This document shows, one piece after another, positions 19,515 through 29,581 of a DNA stretch of 64,000 nucleotides. The translations under genes were made by a program, and so were the position numbers. The DNA comes from Nitrospirales bacterium. Lineage in GTDB: Bacteria > Nitrospirota > Nitrospiria > Nitrospirales > UBA8639. The stretch covers positions 1,120,001-1,184,000 of the forward strand of contig CBDCWC010000002.1 in the NCBI GenBank assembly GCA_965223295.1, in the 5' to 3' direction. The notes beneath the pieces were generated by a model. It made no database searches, was not told where the DNA came from, and saw only the letters and a list, made by a program, of their open reading frames with translations. How positions within the stretch are numbered: the stretch's first letter is position 1; every line of letters starts with the position of its first letter.

Positions 19515-19528
19515 GTCAATAAATTGAC
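19515..19528. promoter_or_regulatory. FleQ-box-like palindrome (enhancer-binding site)
   Basis: GTCAATAAATTGAC matches the GTCAnTAAATTGAC FleQ-type consensus, about 60 bp upstream of the sigma54 site. Confidence 0.5.
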
Positions 19529-19802
19529 TAGGATATGAACAGTATCCCCTCAATTTCATTAAGCATAGTAACTTCCCTCAACCTAGGTTAAAGGATCAGA
19601 GCAAGTCCTTCTCCTACACAGACCTAATGCCTAACGAGATACCAAAGCTAAAGTCACCACGGACCCATTTTATCTAACTGTGGATGGAATGACTCCAAAA
19701 CAGGGGAGGAAGAAGTCTGGATACAAAGCTACAAAGTCTTTAGATACGCAGAAATTGATTTTTCAGCTTTAACAAACTATGGAAGTCTAGAATGTATGAT
19801 TC

Positions 19803-20057
19803 TTAGACTGAATCTGACGGGAACTTCTTGGGAGAAACCTCTCGTTTAGGTAAAGCCTGGACCTGCCCAGGATCTATAGCGGAAGCTTTGATGTTTTCTT
19901 GGCGGACGGCTTCGTAGAGTTCTTCCCGGAGGACCCGCATGTCTGGTGGGCATTCAATGCCGAGACGAACTTGCCCACCTTTGATTTGTACGAGAACTAT
20001 TCGAATATCTTCGCCTAAACGTATAGCTTCATCTTTTTTTCTGGTCAGTATAAGCAT
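19803..20057 (-). CDS. csrA: Carbon storage regulator
   Basis: MLILTRK...VRLGIECP...VLREELY; follows fliW. Confidence 0.95.
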   Translation of the reverse strand: MLILTRKKDEAIRLGEDIRIVLVQIKGGQVRLGIECPPDMRVLREELYEAVRQENIKASAIDPGQVQALPKREVSPKKFPSDSV

Positions 20058-20166
20058 GGAGCCTTCCTTGGCTAAAACCTCGAAAACTCTTGAACGACCT
20101 TGGATTGAAGGATGATGACTTCAGCATAATTTGCATCGTGCCTCTGCGACTTGAATCAAAAAACTG

Positions 20167-20649
20167 TTAAACCGATGCTGTCTCTATCACCTTCACATTC
20201 GTTTCTGTTTGAACTGTCTCTTCCTCAGGCATGAGAGGAAACTGTAAAGGAATTGATTCATGTAAGATGACTTGCTTGCCTTTTCTTGTACCTAAATTCA
20301 CCACCAAGGGTGCGCGGAGATTCGCCGTAGCCTGCTCTGGTTCTCCAGATGGAATCGTCACCACAGCCAAAATCAACACGGGATCGTTTTCAGTGATGCC
20401 TAGTTCCACTAATCCTTCATCTGAGACTTGGGCATGAAATTCTGGATCGATTAAATGAACATCAATGATGACTAAAGCTAAATCGGGTTCTTTGATCGCT
20501 TGTAACCATTGATAGTGGCAATCCTCAGCCACATCTAAGACAACAAATTGCTGAATAGTTGGGAAGCCCACCAGCCCTGAAGGAAACGTCAACAACGTCT
20601 CTTCCGGCACATCAATTTCACCAAAGCGACTCGTTTGAATAGTCATCAT
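20167..20649 (-). CDS. fliW: Flagellar assembly factor FliW
   Basis: TSRFGEI, GLVGF, WLQ, TANLRAPLVVN, GKQVIL. Confidence 0.93.
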   Translation of the reverse strand: MMTIQTSRFGEIDVPEETLLTFPSGLVGFPTIQQFVVLDVAEDCHYQWLQAIKEPDLALVIIDVHLIDPEFHAQVSDEGLVELGITENDPVLILAVVTIPSGEPEQATANLRAPLVVNLGTRKGKQVILHESIPLQFPLMPEEETVQTETNVKVIETASV

Positions 20650-20720
20650 GTTACATTCTCCTCAAAAGATTCGATTCTTCCCTCTATTATAACTACTTTT
20701 TCTCATCGTCTAATATGGAA

Positions 20721-23075
20721 CTAGGCCTGACTCCCGGATAAACAAGCTTCTTCCGATAGTGGTTTTTGTATAACCTCTGCACAGACCTGAGACAACTCAT
20801 CCAGATCATAAGGTTTTTGAATAAACCCCACGACCCCTTGATTGAGCAATTCTTGTACCGCATGATTACGGTCATAGCCAGTACAGAGTAAAATTTTACT
20901 TTCTGGCCGCAAGCCTCGTATGGCGGCAAAACATTCCGAGCCATTCATATCAGGCATCACCATATCTAATAAGACTAAATCAACGCGATGAGTCGAATCT
21001 TGTAAAAACATGACCGCCTCTTTTCCGCTGTAGCAGACAATGGAGTTATACCCTAAAAAATCTAATAAGGCCTGAGCCGCTCCAGCGACTTCCTTTTCGT
21101 CATCAATGATCAATACCGTGCCTGTTGCTGATGCCTGCACGGCAACGGGAGCAGATATGGGCAACGGTTCCTCACATGGAACAGAAGGCAGATAGACGCG
21201 CATGGTAGTCCCGACACCCCGCGTACTTGTCACGCCAATATAACCATGGTGATTTTTGACAATACCATAGACCATGGCCAGCCCCATTCCAGATCCACGG
21301 CCTTGCTCTTTTGTGGTAAAAAATGGCTCGAAGATATGTGCCTGCACTTCTTGGGAAATACCTTCACCCGTATCCGTGACCCGCACAACCACATACTCGC
21401 CAGCCGTCAAGCCTGGCACCCGTGCGGCTTGTTCAGCAGACACTGATTCATTTGTGGTTTGAAAAATAATCTCTCCCTTGTTCGGCATGGCATCCGAGGC
21501 ATTCACCGCTAGATTCATGAGCACTTGATAAAGCTGGTTGGGGTCACCAACCACCCAAGGTTCACTGGCTCCAAAATCAGCTTGCAACGAAATAGCTTTA
21601 TCAACCGTCCGGCCCAGCAACCCTGTCACTTCTTGAATCACCTTATGAATATCCACAGAGACATGATGGTGTTTACCTTGTCGCGCAAACCCTAATAATT
21701 GTGAAGTGAGTTCCTTTCCACGATGAACCGCTTTTTCAATGACATCTCCCGCAGTCCATGAAGGATCAGTAGAGTCCACACGGGCTTTTAATAACCCCGC
21801 ATGCGCTAATATGGCTGTTAAGATATTATTCATATCATGGGCGACACCAGAAGCTAAGCGCCCCACCGCTTCCATTTTTTGAACTTGCCGCAACTGATGT
21901 TCCAATGTGGCATTCTCTTGTGCCATCATTTGCCGAGCGGTCAGGTCACGAGCGACTAACAAAGTTTGCCGTCGCCCTTGAAACCGAACCATCCTTGTCA
22001 TCACCTCTACCGGAAGGTCTGTGCAATCTTTTCTCCTGAGAACAGTATCTGTCCACTTTGGATTCACCGGCTCTTCAATGATAAATGATAGCCCTGCTTT
22101 TGGACCGGCCTGAGGAGTCTGAATACTATCCAGTGACCTACCAATGAGATCATGGGATGCATGCCCAAGTTGTTGCGCTCCACTGCTATTAATATGTTGA
22201 ATCACTCCTTGTCGGTCATAAATGACTAACACGTCCGGCAACATTTCAAACAATTCCCGAAATTGTGCTTCTGATTCTTTTAAGTCACTGGTCCGCTTTT
22301 CAAGAAGATGTTCAACGCGAGAGAGGGCACGTTCCCAACGTAATTTTTCACACAGAGTCATCAGCATATGAGGGTCATACCCTCGAGGGAGAATTCGTTC
22401 AGCCCTATTAAGACACGAGGAACTCTCCAACAACTCGCGATCTGAGCTTATGACTAAACACATCGCATGTGGATACCATCGCTCACACCAAATCAATAAT
22501 TCATGGGTCTTGATATCCACAAGAGGATCATCAACCACAATAATGTCTGGGCTGAACTGACTTTCTGCCGATTGCACACTTTCTCCACTCGTCCAGCCAT
22601 GTACCTGCCACCCTCGCTCCACCAATGTTGGCCGGATACGGTCAATTTCTGCATCATTCGAAGAAATGATCCAGACATGGAAGCCTTTTGGCACTACTGG
22701 TTTTTCAAGAAGGAGCCTGACTTGTTGACGAATTCGTCCTGGTTCAGCAGGTAATGATAAAAACGCGGAAGCCCCAATATCTGTCAACAACTCTTCAGCA
22801 TCCATTCCCGAATAAGTCGCCGAAACAATCAGAACTGGCGGCACCTGATGGCCTTGCAGTCCATACGCATGAAGTAGCTCACAAAATCGCCAGCCATTAA
22901 TCCCAGGCATGTGCAAGTCCAAGACAATCCCGTCAGGCACATGGCCTTCTTGCAGCCACTGCCACGCCGATTCAGAACACGAAAAGCGAATGACGTGCTC
23001 ATGCTCTAACTCTAATAAACTGGCGAGCAGATGGAGTTGTACAGGATCGTCATTGATAACAAGCAGGGTTGCCAT
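20721..23075 (-). CDS. Hybrid histidine kinase (REC-pseudoREC-PAS-HisKA-HATPase-REC)
   Basis: LDLHMPG; GVAHDMNNIL; NLAVNASDAM; DTGEG; FFTTK, GSGMGL; LDMVMP. Confidence 0.9.
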   Translation of the reverse strand: MATLLVINDDPVQLHLLASLLELEHEHVIRFSCSESAWQWLQEGHVPDGIVLDLHMPGINGWRFCELLHAYGLQGHQVPPVLIVSATYSGMDAEELLTDIGASAFLSLPAEPGRIRQQVRLLLEKPVVPKGFHVWIISSNDAEIDRIRPTLVERGWQVHGWTSGESVQSAESQFSPDIIVVDDPLVDIKTHELLIWCERWYPHAMCLVISSDRELLESSSCLNRAERILPRGYDPHMLMTLCEKLRWERALSRVEHLLEKRTSDLKESEAQFRELFEMLPDVLVIYDRQGVIQHINSSGAQQLGHASHDLIGRSLDSIQTPQAGPKAGLSFIIEEPVNPKWTDTVLRRKDCTDLPVEVMTRMVRFQGRRQTLLVARDLTARQMMAQENATLEHQLRQVQKMEAVGRLASGVAHDMNNILTAILAHAGLLKARVDSTDPSWTAGDVIEKAVHRGKELTSQLLGFARQGKHHHVSVDIHKVIQEVTGLLGRTVDKAISLQADFGASEPWVVGDPNQLYQVLMNLAVNASDAMPNKGEIIFQTTNESVSAEQAARVPGLTAGEYVVVRVTDTGEGISQEVQAHIFEPFFTTKEQGRGSGMGLAMVYGIVKNHHGYIGVTSTRGVGTTMRVYLPSVPCEEPLPISAPVAVQASATGTVLIIDDEKEVAGAAQALLDFLGYNSIVCYSGKEAVMFLQDSTHRVDLVLLDMVMPDMNGSECFAAIRGLRPESKILLCTGYDRNHAVQELLNQGVVGFIQKPYDLDELSQVCAEVIQKPLSEEACLSGSQA

Positions 23076-23077
23076 AC

Positions 23078-24049
23078 TTATGATTTAAAAATGAGTGGCG
23101 ACGTATAGTTTGGTGAGAATTGATCTTCTAATTGATGATCAAACTGCACATGCTCTACACCATTTCTTCCACTATTTTTCACTTGATACAAGGCTTGATC
23201 AACTGCATGAATGAGTCGTTCAATTGGAATAGAATCGGGCTCTCTCCATGTCGTCACCCCTTGACTGACCGTGACAGTCAAATCAACATGATGCGACCGG
23301 AATGGTTCAGACGAGATTGCCACCTGAATGCGCTCGGCTAACTGAATGGCCTGCGAATCATCGCTATTGGGCAAGACGACTAAAAATTCTTCTCCACCAT
23401 AACGTCCAATCGCATCATACGAACGCAGACAGTTCCGCATGCGTCTGGCCACTTCAATCAGCACTTGATCCCCCACCACATGTCCGTAGGTATCATTCAC
23501 ATTTTTAAACCCATCAAGATCAGCTAAAATAAGACTAATTGGTTGAACTTCTCGATGGGCTCGATTGATTTCGCCCAACAACATTTCAAGTATCGCTCCA
23601 TGATTCAAAATTTGCGTCAGTGGATCTTGCATAGCTTGGATACGAAGCGTCTCCCGAGCCGAAATCAGCTCGTTTTGCAAATCCACAATACGCTTTCCGG
23701 CCCGTAAGCGTGCTTCAAGTTCACCCAGGTGAAAAGGCTTCGTCAGATAATCATCTGCCCCTGCATCTAAGCCAGCGATTCGATCTTCTGGATTGTTTCT
23801 TCCAGTCAACAACACAATATACACGTACGGGCAGTCTGTTCGTGCGCGGATTTTCTGGCAAAGATCAGGCCCATCCATACCGGGCATCATCCAATCCAAA
23901 ATCGCCACATTGGGAGCCGTCCCGCCTTCGAGCTCCTTCCAAGCCGAATCGCCGTCTGTACAAGAAATAACCTCATGTCCCCATTGGCGCAATCGGTACA
24001 CAACCATATGAAGCGTTAATGGATCATCGTCAACAACCAATATTTTCAT
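23078..24049 (-). CDS. Response-regulator diguanylate cyclase (REC-GGDEF)
   Basis: LDWMMPG receiver; RSYD I-site five residues before GGEEF. Confidence 0.92.
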   Translation of the reverse strand: MKILVVDDDPLTLHMVVYRLRQWGHEVISCTDGDSAWKELEGGTAPNVAILDWMMPGMDGPDLCQKIRARTDCPYVYIVLLTGRNNPEDRIAGLDAGADDYLTKPFHLGELEARLRAGKRIVDLQNELISARETLRIQAMQDPLTQILNHGAILEMLLGEINRAHREVQPISLILADLDGFKNVNDTYGHVVGDQVLIEVARRMRNCLRSYDAIGRYGGEEFLVVLPNSDDSQAIQLAERIQVAISSEPFRSHHVDLTVTVSQGVTTWREPDSIPIERLIHAVDQALYQVKNSGRNGVEHVQFDHQLEDQFSPNYTSPLIFKS

Positions 24050-24122
24050 AGTACATCAAACCATTTCATGATCATCTTTTCTTAGGGTACTCACTGAGTG
24101 AGAAAAGGCAAAGGGCCAAACG

Positions 24123-25274
24123 TTATCGAATAAAGTTCAACAAACTTGTCTCAAACTGACGGCTCAATGTCGCAAGGGAAGCATCTAACGTGCCTTGTAA
24201 AGATGTGAGTTCCGACGCCACTTTTGCAAAATCTGCATCTTCAAACGAAGAACGAAGCGTCTGGGTATTGACGCTTAACAACTCTAAGCTATCCTTAACG
24301 GTGTCCAATCGATTCACACGCGCACCAATAGATGCCCGAGCATCCGTCACCTGGGGCAACGCCTGGTCAAACTGACCAATGGCCGCAGCAATTCCCTCAA
24401 CATCATTTGTGACTAAGGCTTGATGGAAATCCTGAAGATTTTGAAAGAGATCCACATTGGGGCCTGAAAACACTTGATTCCCAGCGACATTCGATGTCAC
24501 GGTCTGCCCATCGCCAATTTCTACATCAATCGGTGCCCCATCCCCTTGATAGACATACCCGACTCTGACAGCAAACCTGTCACCGGCGGCAGGAGTTGTC
24601 CCCGAATCTGAAAGAGTGACGTCCAGGCCATCAAACGAAAATGGGGTGCCATTGGCATAGGCTTGACCAGCTAACACGGTTTGCCCAGTTGTAAGATTCA
24701 CCACATTAAAATCTGTTGCTGAGGTGAATAGAATTTCATACGCATCCGGTTTTAATGCAGTGGGATCTGCAACCGTTGTGGCAATGGTGGCTCCACCTAT
24801 ATTTTCGTTATTTTCGGCTCCAGTAACCGTCCCTGGAATGTAGGGAGGCGTCTGTGTTTGACTGCCAGCAAAAATAAATCGCCCATTTAATTCCGTATTT
24901 CCAATACCAGCCAACCCTTCTAGCAATTGTTGAACTTCCTGCGCAGCATTCCGACGTTCAACCTGGCTATTGGTATCGTTACGCATTCGAATGGCTAACT
25001 CTTTCGCCCGTTGCACAGCAATCCCAGCTCGATCTAAGACGCTATCTGATAAGTTTAAACGCCCGACACCTTCATTCACTGTAGACAAACGATGTTCGGT
25101 TGTCCGTAGCACATTGCGAAATTGATTGATTCGTTCAGCCGCGACAGGATCGTCCGAAGGACGATTGACCCTTTTCCCAGAGGCAATTTGTTCCGTCCGA
25201 TCAAAAATATTTGTACGCAAATTCTGTAGCGCTGTCACAAGAGCATCGACTTGTTGGCGTTCAGTGACTCTCAT
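24123..25274 (-). CDS. flgL: Flagellar hook-associated protein 3
   Basis: SGKRVNRPSDDPVAA, GRFIFAG, IGARVNRL, SLLNFIR. Confidence 0.93.
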   Translation of the reverse strand: MRVTERQQVDALVTALQNLRTNIFDRTEQIASGKRVNRPSDDPVAAERINQFRNVLRTTEHRLSTVNEGVGRLNLSDSVLDRAGIAVQRAKELAIRMRNDTNSQVERRNAAQEVQQLLEGLAGIGNTELNGRFIFAGSQTQTPPYIPGTVTGAENNENIGGATIATTVADPTALKPDAYEILFTSATDFNVVNLTTGQTVLAGQAYANGTPFSFDGLDVTLSDSGTTPAAGDRFAVRVGYVYQGDGAPIDVEIGDGQTVTSNVAGNQVFSGPNVDLFQNLQDFHQALVTNDVEGIAAAIGQFDQALPQVTDARASIGARVNRLDTVKDSLELLSVNTQTLRSSFEDADFAKVASELTSLQGTLDASLATLSRQFETSLLNFIR

Positions 25275-25352
25275 CGGCTTCGCCCCCTTCCCCGACTAAT
25301 CAAGGAGATAACACATCTGAAAGAATCTATCTCAACAATAATTGCCTGCTTC

Positions 25353-27029
25353 TTATCGGCCCATCGCTAAAACAGTTTGAAATAATTCATCAGCCACGGT
25401 AATCATCCGCGCTGAGGCTTCGAAAGACCGTTGAAAACTCAACAAGTTTGTCAGTTCTTCATCCAAAGAAACACCCGAAACACTTTCACGGAGACCTTTT
25501 AACTGGTCCATTTCCAGCTTTACGGTATTCAACACAAGCTCCGCTTCTCGAGCTGCACTGCCTACATTACCGATCGAAATAGTTTGATAGTCGTTGAAAG
25601 TCAAATTTTCCAAGACGTTTAGTCTAGACGTATGAAGTCCAACCAAAGCTAATCCATTACTGTTATCCCCAGGGACTTTTGGCCCAGTCAGTGCTGTCGA
25701 AGGTTGCGAAGCAGCCGCAATTTGCTGGGTATCCGATAACACCACATCAAAACGTACCGCGGCTCCCTTATGGGCACTAACATGGAAGACATCATCCGCA
25801 GCCGGTGTTCCCGTTAAGACCACATCTAATCCGTCAAAACTAAAAACATTCCCAGACGCATAGGCGCCTCCCGCCACCACTGTGGCCCCTGTATCCACAT
25901 TCACAACATCAAAGGTCGTGGGATTGGAGAACCGCACTTCATAATTCTGGAACGTTTGTAATGGAGGACCAGTGACCGGAGTAATGCTGACAGAAGTTCC
26001 TACCGCAGTCCCTCGATTCAAATCATCTGCTAATGGAGCCTGTGGAATTAACGCAGAAAAAAATAGTTGGCCCGTCGAGTCATCTAACCCATAACCCACT
26101 TGATGCTGCTCGTTAAATTCATTAACAAGAGCGGCCGCTAAACGATCCAGGCGATCTTGAAAAGCCACGACATCCGTATCCCGAGTCGTCAGAAGTCCGC
26201 CAATTTTTCCACCTTGGATTTTGTGCGTTATGGAAAAAACGTTCCCGTCAGTACGAACAAACGCCACATCTTCAAATGGAGGATTATCCGCATCAGGTAG
26301 CGTGGAAAGAGCATTCGCATGATTTCCGCCCACCAGCAATTGGCCGCCAACATTAATGCCGATGCCATCCCGTAACTGCACCTGTTCCACATCGACCAAT
26401 TCAGCCAAATCGTTAATCAAGACAGCGCGTTGATCTCGCAAATCAGGGGCCTCTCGCCCACTCGATTCCCCTTTAAAAATTTCGTCGTTCAATGCGGCGA
26501 TTCGCGTAGCCAATCCGTTGATGGTTTCAATATGCCTTCGGATTTCTTGATTGGAGTCTAACCTGATTTGATTAAAGGCCTGAGATTGTTCTACAAACAC
26601 CTGGCTTAACGATTGCGCTTTGGCCAAAACCACCGTCCGCTGTATGGGACTTTCGGGATTCGTGGCCATATCTCGAAGGGCATTGAAAAATTCCGTCACT
26701 CCGTGAGATAAACCCGAGTTTTCCGTTTCCGTCACAATGCCATCGGCCTGCGATAAAAATGTGGAACGTGTGGAAATAAAACCAAGATCTTCATTCCCAT
26801 CTGTTATTTGATTCTCTAAAAAGACATCCACCGTTCGACGGATGTGCGCCGCCTGCACACCGCTCCCAATAACCCCTTCGGCAGGACGATTAGTCTCTAA
26901 GACAACTTCTTGACGCGAGTAGCCAGGAGTGTTGATATTGGAAATATTGTGAGAGGTCGTGGCCAGCCCCTGTTGATGGGCCTGTATCCCCGATCGTGCA
27001 ATATTAAAGATGTGACTAATGCCCGCCAT
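25353..27029 (-). CDS. flgK: Flagellar hook-associated protein 1
   Basis: HNISNINTPGYSRQ, SGVSLDEEL. Confidence 0.94.
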   Translation of the reverse strand: MAGISHIFNIARSGIQAHQQGLATTSHNISNINTPGYSRQEVVLETNRPAEGVIGSGVQAAHIRRTVDVFLENQITDGNEDLGFISTRSTFLSQADGIVTETENSGLSHGVTEFFNALRDMATNPESPIQRTVVLAKAQSLSQVFVEQSQAFNQIRLDSNQEIRRHIETINGLATRIAALNDEIFKGESSGREAPDLRDQRAVLINDLAELVDVEQVQLRDGIGINVGGQLLVGGNHANALSTLPDADNPPFEDVAFVRTDGNVFSITHKIQGGKIGGLLTTRDTDVVAFQDRLDRLAAALVNEFNEQHQVGYGLDDSTGQLFFSALIPQAPLADDLNRGTAVGTSVSITPVTGPPLQTFQNYEVRFSNPTTFDVVNVDTGATVVAGGAYASGNVFSFDGLDVVLTGTPAADDVFHVSAHKGAAVRFDVVLSDTQQIAAASQPSTALTGPKVPGDNSNGLALVGLHTSRLNVLENLTFNDYQTISIGNVGSAAREAELVLNTVKLEMDQLKGLRESVSGVSLDEELTNLLSFQRSFEASARMITVADELFQTVLAMGR

Positions 27030-27036
27030 AAGGCTC

Positions 27037-27534
27037 CTATCCGTGGAGATGGACCGAGCTCAGAACAGATGGAAACTGTAACGTTCCAGATCCTTGGTAG
27101 ACCGGGCTCTTTCCTAAGCCCGTATAAATGAGATTAATGGCTTCACGCACCACATGTTGCGTTCGACCAATCAGGACTGCGTTCTTTTTGCCCTGCTCAT
27201 GGATTGTTTGAGTCAGCGCACTTAAGTCATGTAGTAGGGTATTCGCAGTTGATGCTTCGGGTTGTTGCGTGTTCTGTAACCACGCCCCTAGTCGTTCCTG
27301 ATTCTTAGGGCCTGCCAGCTGCTGCAAGACCACCACCACTTGTTGTTCATATCGGCATATCGCATCTAAAACTTGCTCTTTCTTTTCCGTCACTTCGACC
27401 ATCCTTTGGCGTTCCATCTTATGGAGCAAGAATTCTTCCTCTTGGAGTAAGCTCAAAAAGTTTTCAAAATTTAGACGCATATCCCCTAATAGCTCGAAGA
27501 GACACTCCCACGAGTCCTGCGTACAATTCGTCAA
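27037..27534 (-). CDS. flgN: Flagellar export chaperone
   Basis: Helical protein between flgM and flgK; C-terminal Y-x-G motif. Confidence 0.75.
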   Translation of the reverse strand: MTNCTQDSWECLFELLGDMRLNFENFLSLLQEEEFLLHKMERQRMVEVTEKKEQVLDAICRYEQQVVVVLQQLAGPKNQERLGAWLQNTQQPEASTANTLLHDLSALTQTIHEQGKKNAVLIGRTQHVVREAINLIYTGLGKSPVYQGSGTLQFPSVLSSVHLHG

Positions 27535-27564
27535 AGAACAATCCTCCTCTTGAATGAGAAATAT

Positions 27565-27879
27565 TTATACACTCAGTGCATCAAGAATGGTTTCGCGTGT
27601 CAGGGTGTCTGCCACCTGCTCAGGCGTCGCAAGTTCTTTCCTTTGACTCAATGCTTCCTGAATTTGCTGAATTCTGCCAGTCCGAAGCTCCGGCAATTGA
27701 GCTGCTTGAGAAGAATGCGTACGAATTTCTAAAGCCAAACGGGAAAGATCAACAGCATCGGTGGCTCTTGGTGGTGCGGAGTGAGGTGGGCGGGAATCTT
27801 TCTCATGGCCGGATTTGGATTGGATCTGAAAGAACAATCTCCCCAGCTCTCCGCTGGGATCAAGGCCCGGTATCGTCAT
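27565..27879 (-). CDS. flgM: Anti-sigma28 factor
   Basis: DAVDLS, PELRTGRIQQIQEAL, PEQVADTL; position between flgJ and flgN. Confidence 0.8.
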   Translation of the reverse strand: MTIPGLDPSGELGRLFFQIQSKSGHEKDSRPPHSAPPRATDAVDLSRLALEIRTHSSQAAQLPELRTGRIQQIQEALSQRKELATPEQVADTLTRETILDALSV

Positions 27880-27903
27880 GGCATCTTGCCTCCTTCTCTC
27901 TCT

Positions 27904-27931
27904 TTATCGGAGACAACACCCTAAAACTTTA
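27904..27931 (-). promoter_or_regulatory. Putative sigma28 promoter of flgM
   Basis: TAAAGTTT-N12-TCCGATAA. Confidence 0.7.
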
Positions 27932-27973
27932 CCCAACACCCTAAGATTTCACAAAATTTGAAAGACGAGAGGC

Positions 27974-28297
27974 TTACCGCATGAGATCTTGATTTTGAGC
28001 CACTGATGCCAGGACGTAATCAGAAAGCCCAAAACCGCCAGTTTGTGCAATTCGTTTGCCAATTTCTTCATCATAAAAAGAATGGTACATTTCACCCATT
28101 TTATTAGCTGTGAGTTCCCCCTGTGGGACGGTTTGGCGCATGACTTTTAACATATAGGCCACAAAATATGACTCGAACGCTTGACTGGCGCGTAACAAAT
28201 CTCCACGTTGGGCGAGTTGTTCGACCTGCTTAACAGTCGTGCCGGCTTGAGTAGTGGAAACCTGAGAAGTCTCCAATGATCCAATGGGGCTTAACAT
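27974..28297 (-). CDS. flgJ: Rod-binding FlgJ, short form without a muramidase domain
   Basis: QAFESYFVAYMLKVMRQTV, DEEIGKRIAQTGGFGLSD. Confidence 0.85.
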   Translation of the reverse strand: MLSPIGSLETSQVSTTQAGTTVKQVEQLAQRGDLLRASQAFESYFVAYMLKVMRQTVPQGELTANKMGEMYHSFYDEEIGKRIAQTGGFGLSDYVLASVAQNQDLMR

Positions 28298-28333
28298 AAT
28301 GTATCTCTTCAGCTAAGACCGGAAAGAACAGCG

Positions 28334-29581
28334 CTAAATTAACTCCAAGTCAGCTTGTAAGGCACCGGCAGCTTTTGCGGCCGTCAGGACCGCAACTAAA
28401 TCACGAGGCGTGACCCCTACCGAATTCAAGGCATTCACTAAATCCCCAAGCGTGACAGATCCATCGACTTGAATGACACGTTTTTTATCTTCTTCGACTT
28501 CAGCCTCCACATCAGGAGTGACCACCGTTTCGCCTGCCGCCGATCCAATCAGACCTGCCGCTTCCGGTTGTGAGACATTAAAATCTGTCTGAATTTTAAT
28601 TGTCAGACTTCCATGGGATATCGCCATACTGGCCAACCGCACATGCTCACCCATCACAATCGTGCCAGTGCGTTCATTCACCACCACCTTGGCACTGACG
28701 TCCACATTGACATCTAACCCTTCAACTGCTGCAATCATTTGAACGATTTTCCCCTGAAACTTTGCTGGCACTGCAACTTGCACTTGACCGGAACTGACCG
28801 CATCTGCCGTTCCTTGACCAAGATGGGTATTGATGACTTCCGAGACACGCAAGGCCGTCGTAAAATCCGCTTGATGCATAGTCAGAGAGAAAGAATTCCA
28901 TTCATTCATATCAAGACTGATAGCTTGTTCCACAATGGCACCACCTGGAATGATTCCACCAGACTGTTGATTTTTCACAACCGACGTTCCTCCTCCACCA
29001 GCTTCAAACCCTGATGTGGAAATCGGCCCCTGTGCGACCGCATAAACTTGTTGATTCGCTGCTTTCAAAGGTGTGAGCAATAAGGTGCCACCCCGCAAAC
29101 TTTTCGCATTGGCCAACGAGGAAACCTGCACATCTAACCTCATACCCGGACGCGCAAATGGCGGCAATTTTGCCGTAACCATGACGGAGGCTGTATTCTT
29201 AGTCAGTAATTGAATGGGATCAACTTTGAGATTCACTCCCATCGTGTTCAACATAGAAATAATGGCCTGAGCCGTAAATTGCCCACCGACGACGGAATCA
29301 CCTGTTCGGTCCAACCCAACGATTAAGCCATACCCAATGAGTTGATTGTCACGGACACCTTCAATGGAAGCAATATCCTTGATCCGTGCGGCTTCTAATA
29401 CATCGGGCAAACCAAAGCCTATGAAAAATAGCCAGGAGGCTAGGCATGGAACAAGCACCAACCAATAGAACAATCGACTAAACTGTCCCTGCTCTTTCCG
29501 CACCTTGCCCTTCTCTGCCTCATATCCATTTTTGTCTACTAATCTATTCATCGTTCTTATTTCTAGAAAGGAGTCACCCAA
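28334..29581 (-). CDS. flgI: Flagellar P-ring protein
   Basis: RIKDIA, GVRDNQLIGYGLIVGL, VVNERTGTIV, AGALQADL; true start may be downstream of the one shown. Confidence 0.95.
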   Translation of the reverse strand: MGDSFLEIRTMNRLVDKNGYEAEKGKVRKEQGQFSRLFYWLVLVPCLASWLFFIGFGLPDVLEAARIKDIASIEGVRDNQLIGYGLIVGLDRTGDSVVGGQFTAQAIISMLNTMGVNLKVDPIQLLTKNTASVMVTAKLPPFARPGMRLDVQVSSLANAKSLRGGTLLLTPLKAANQQVYAVAQGPISTSGFEAGGGGTSVVKNQQSGGIIPGGAIVEQAISLDMNEWNSFSLTMHQADFTTALRVSEVINTHLGQGTADAVSSGQVQVAVPAKFQGKIVQMIAAVEGLDVNVDVSAKVVVNERTGTIVMGEHVRLASMAISHGSLTIKIQTDFNVSQPEAAGLIGSAAGETVVTPDVEAEVEEDKKRVIQVDGSVTLGDLVNALNSVGVTPRDLVAVLTAAKAAGALQADLELI

